Source: Microthyrium microscopicum (taxonomy: Eukaryota). Taken from it: a DNA stretch of 36,918 bases. This document shows positions 34,600-36,918 of this stretch, one piece after another. The notes under the pieces are model-generated. The model worked only from the letters and a program-made list of their open reading frames with translations. It searched no databases and was not told the DNA's origin. How positions within the stretch are numbered: position 1 is the stretch's first letter; every line of letters begins with the position of its first letter. The position numbers and the translations under genes are program-made. The stretch is taken from NCBI GenBank assembly GCA_010405405.1, contig MU004233.1:1924566-1961483 (forward strand), given 5' to 3'.

Positions 34600-36244
34600 T
34601 TTTATTGCTAGAGGTTAGCTTAGGGTTATCTATAGCCTATCCTACTCTCCTATAGTTATTCTTTTATTAGTTTTCTAGAGTGCTATCTCTTATAGTTTAT
34701 AAGCTATTATTGCCTCTATTAAAGTTAAATATACTTATAATTAATCTTTAAGTACCCTAAACTAGGTTATTATATACTTTATCTTTTACCTTTTATAATA
34801 CTAATAGTCTTCTAAGGTTCTTAATTCTTACTTTTCTTTTCTTTATACTATTTACTATAGTATATTCTTTATTATTTATAAGCTAGATTAATATAATTTA
34901 GGTAGGCGTTATAGCTCTTATCTATTCTATATATCTTTTATTTACTACTTAGAATCCTTTTATACTCTTAAAGTAGGTTTAGTATACTTTATATATATTC
35001 TTCTACTATACGTAGTATTTCTAGCCTTATTCTTTCTTTTCTTTTCTTCCTTTCTTATTATCTTTATAGTTAAAGCACTAAACTAGGCTTATTCTAGTAT
35101 AGTCCCTAGTATTATAATTATCTATATATTTACTATAGTTTAGTTTATACTAGGTATAAGCTATTTATATATAGCCTTAGATTTAGTAATAGAAGTACTA
35201 TTTAGTAGTATATTTTAGGTCGTATAATCTAATAAAGAGCTCCTCTACCCTAATAATAAACTTCTTCTAAATAACCTTATCTCTTATTACTATTATTAGG
35301 CAATATAGCATAAGTAATCCCTTAGTATATACCTTTCTATACTTTTCTAGTTCTTCTTTTACTTATTTATACTCTACGCCTCTATAGAGCTACTAAACTA
35401 CTCTTATTTTTAAGTATTTAAACCTTATCTTATTTCTATTAACTAGTTCTTTAATTAGTTTACTATTATCTATATTCTTACTATAGGCTACGTCTAGTTT
35501 AAGTAGAGCCTCTAAGATCTTTACTAAATAGTCTTATTATAAGACCTAGACTTTATCTAAGCCTACTTAGCGTAGCCTATTTTAGATATAGTCCTTATTT
35601 AATTATATATTAACTATAACGTTAATATTCCTATTAGGTAGTAGCCTAATAGCTATTACCTATAGGATAGTTTTCTTAATCTTTTTAAATAGCTTTACTC
35701 TATCCTACTTATCTTCCTCTATTATATTTTTAACTACTTTTATAATATTAATTTAGACTATTAGGCTTATAAAGAAGGCCCTTTAGTTAAGGATTAGTAG
35801 GTTAAGTCCTTTTATAACTTTTACCTAGGAGTTAGGAGTTATTTTAATCTTAGTAATCTACTTTATAATTATATTAAGTTTTTAGTTAAGACGTACCTTA
35901 AGGCGTATTAATAAAGGGGCCCTATTTATAGTTAAAGCTAGATAAAACACTAGTTATTTAATATAGTCTTATGCTATAATAAAGAACGCGTAGTATCGTG
36001 CAAAATTAGCTATTAGCTAGTTAAGGAATAGTCATATTAGATCCTCCTTTTTAGATATAAGTCCTTTTAATAGTACTTTAATTTCTTTCTATGCTTCTAT
36101 GAGTAGTAGTTTTAGGTCGTCTTTTTATTTCTATATTACCTTGTTTTTAATATAGGTAGCCTCTATAGTAATAATAGCTATTTACTATGAATCTTTATCC
36201 GTCTCTATAGCGCTAGCTATTACTTGCGTCTAGTTAAAAGTTAT
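34600..36244 (-). pseudogene. LINE ORF1 (gag-like) relic
   Basis: Three knuckles at ~34990-35200 read as QCFxCQxWGH...C, CGKC...H.TRDC and CFNC...H.AW...C once Tyr/stop codons are restored to Cys/His/Gln/Trp. SWAxV-like ~35820 and IRLLPNGDI-like ~35630. Candidate start ATG>ATA at 36244. Confidence 0.85.
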
Positions 36245-36918
36245 ATCGTTATAATAGTCTCAATGAGATAAATCCAATAATAATAGTTTTATAGAATAAT
36301 TCTAAGAAATTGATCTTTCGGTGCGATAATGCTTCAGTAGAGAAGGAATATATAATTAAGTAAAAGCTAAAGCATTATCTTTAGAAGGTTAGTAATATTA
36401 CTTTTATTTACTTTATTTTACTAATTTTTTATAGAAATTAAAGCTTAAAAACTATTAAGCTTTAGATTTATAAGAATCTAGCCTTGCCCCTAGTACTATA
36501 TCTAATTCTACCTATATAGATAATACTAGCATTAATACTTCTAATCTAGATATAGATTATAATCTAGATCGTTTCTTTTAGTTAGTTTTTACTATTTTTT
36601 TCATTAGAGTTAGGATTTTCTTAGAAAACTGCTTATATAATCAAAAAATATATCGCCTATCTTTTAGAGCTAAATTTTCTTATTTAAACCCTATATTTTA
36701 TATATCTTAACTCTTAGTATTTACTATACTATCTAATAAATAAGCTTTTTTAAAATTAATAATAAATATAAAAAATAAGAATTAAATAAGAAAAACTACT
36801 ATTACTACCTTCTAAAGCTAATTATAAGGATTATAAAGATATATAGAAGTTATACTAAATATAACTAATAGCTATTATAACTTTATATTTAGAAGTTTTA
36901 ATTAGAATCTAAAGATAA

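Larger units (their letters stand above)
31000..36320 (-). mobile_element. RIP-inactivated Tad1-like LINE (non-LTR retrotransposon), near full length; may extend to 28272
   Basis: Collinear gag (three zinc knuckles), AP endonuclease, RT and C-terminal CCHC motifs on the minus strand. Ends are approximate. Confidence 0.92.
23420..36918. repeat. AT-rich, RIP-mutated repeat block
   Basis: Abrupt loss of CpA/TpG and excess of TpA (tag, cta, taa everywhere). No ORF of 60 aa or more in the supplied track for 13.5 kb, yet transposon motifs are recoverable by reversing C>T/G>A changes. Confidence 0.95.

Noticed and set aside
28296..36320. LTR retrotransposon
   Set aside because: No LTR pair, protease or integrase motif. 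The APE and RT motifs are of LINE type.
23420..36918. Alternative genetic code, organellar insert or CRISPR-like array
   Set aside because: Stops are almost all TAA/TAG at Gln/Trp positions of transposon motifs, which RIP explains fully. There are no regularly spaced repeats.

Overview
Filamentous ascomycete (Pezizomycotina, probably Dothideomycete-like) genomic DNA in two sharply separated compartments. (1) About 1-23,400 is GC-balanced and gene-dense, with short spliceosomal introns. In order it holds a DUF3176 membrane protein (runs off the left edge, absent from the ORF track), PEX10, a pterin-4a-carbinolamine dehydratase, a conserved GPI-like cell-surface protein, an enoyl-reductase-like MDR / Upc2-like Zn2Cys6 factor / quinone-oxidoreductase MDR trio, an atypical RING protein, a degenerate HxGH nucleotidyltransferase-like protein, a small CUE-like protein, a Pth11-like membrane protein, a J-domain protein, THOC5, an AA9 LPMO with an unusual C-terminal extension, and a GNAT. 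(2) About 23,400-36,918 is an AT-rich block with a heavy RIP signature (CpA/TpG depleted, TpA enriched). It contains a relic hAT transposon, a 500-N gap, an unidentified 2.7-kb segment ending in a minus-strand poly(A), a near full-length Tad1-like LINE (gag plus APE-RT-CCHC), and the start of another relic. The best leads are the AA9 C-terminal module, the possible 2.7-kb cargo on the LINE, and the two apparently degenerate proteins. Exon structures were derived by hand and family calls rest on motif recognition, not database searches. I cannot demonstrate a new biological system from sequence alone.
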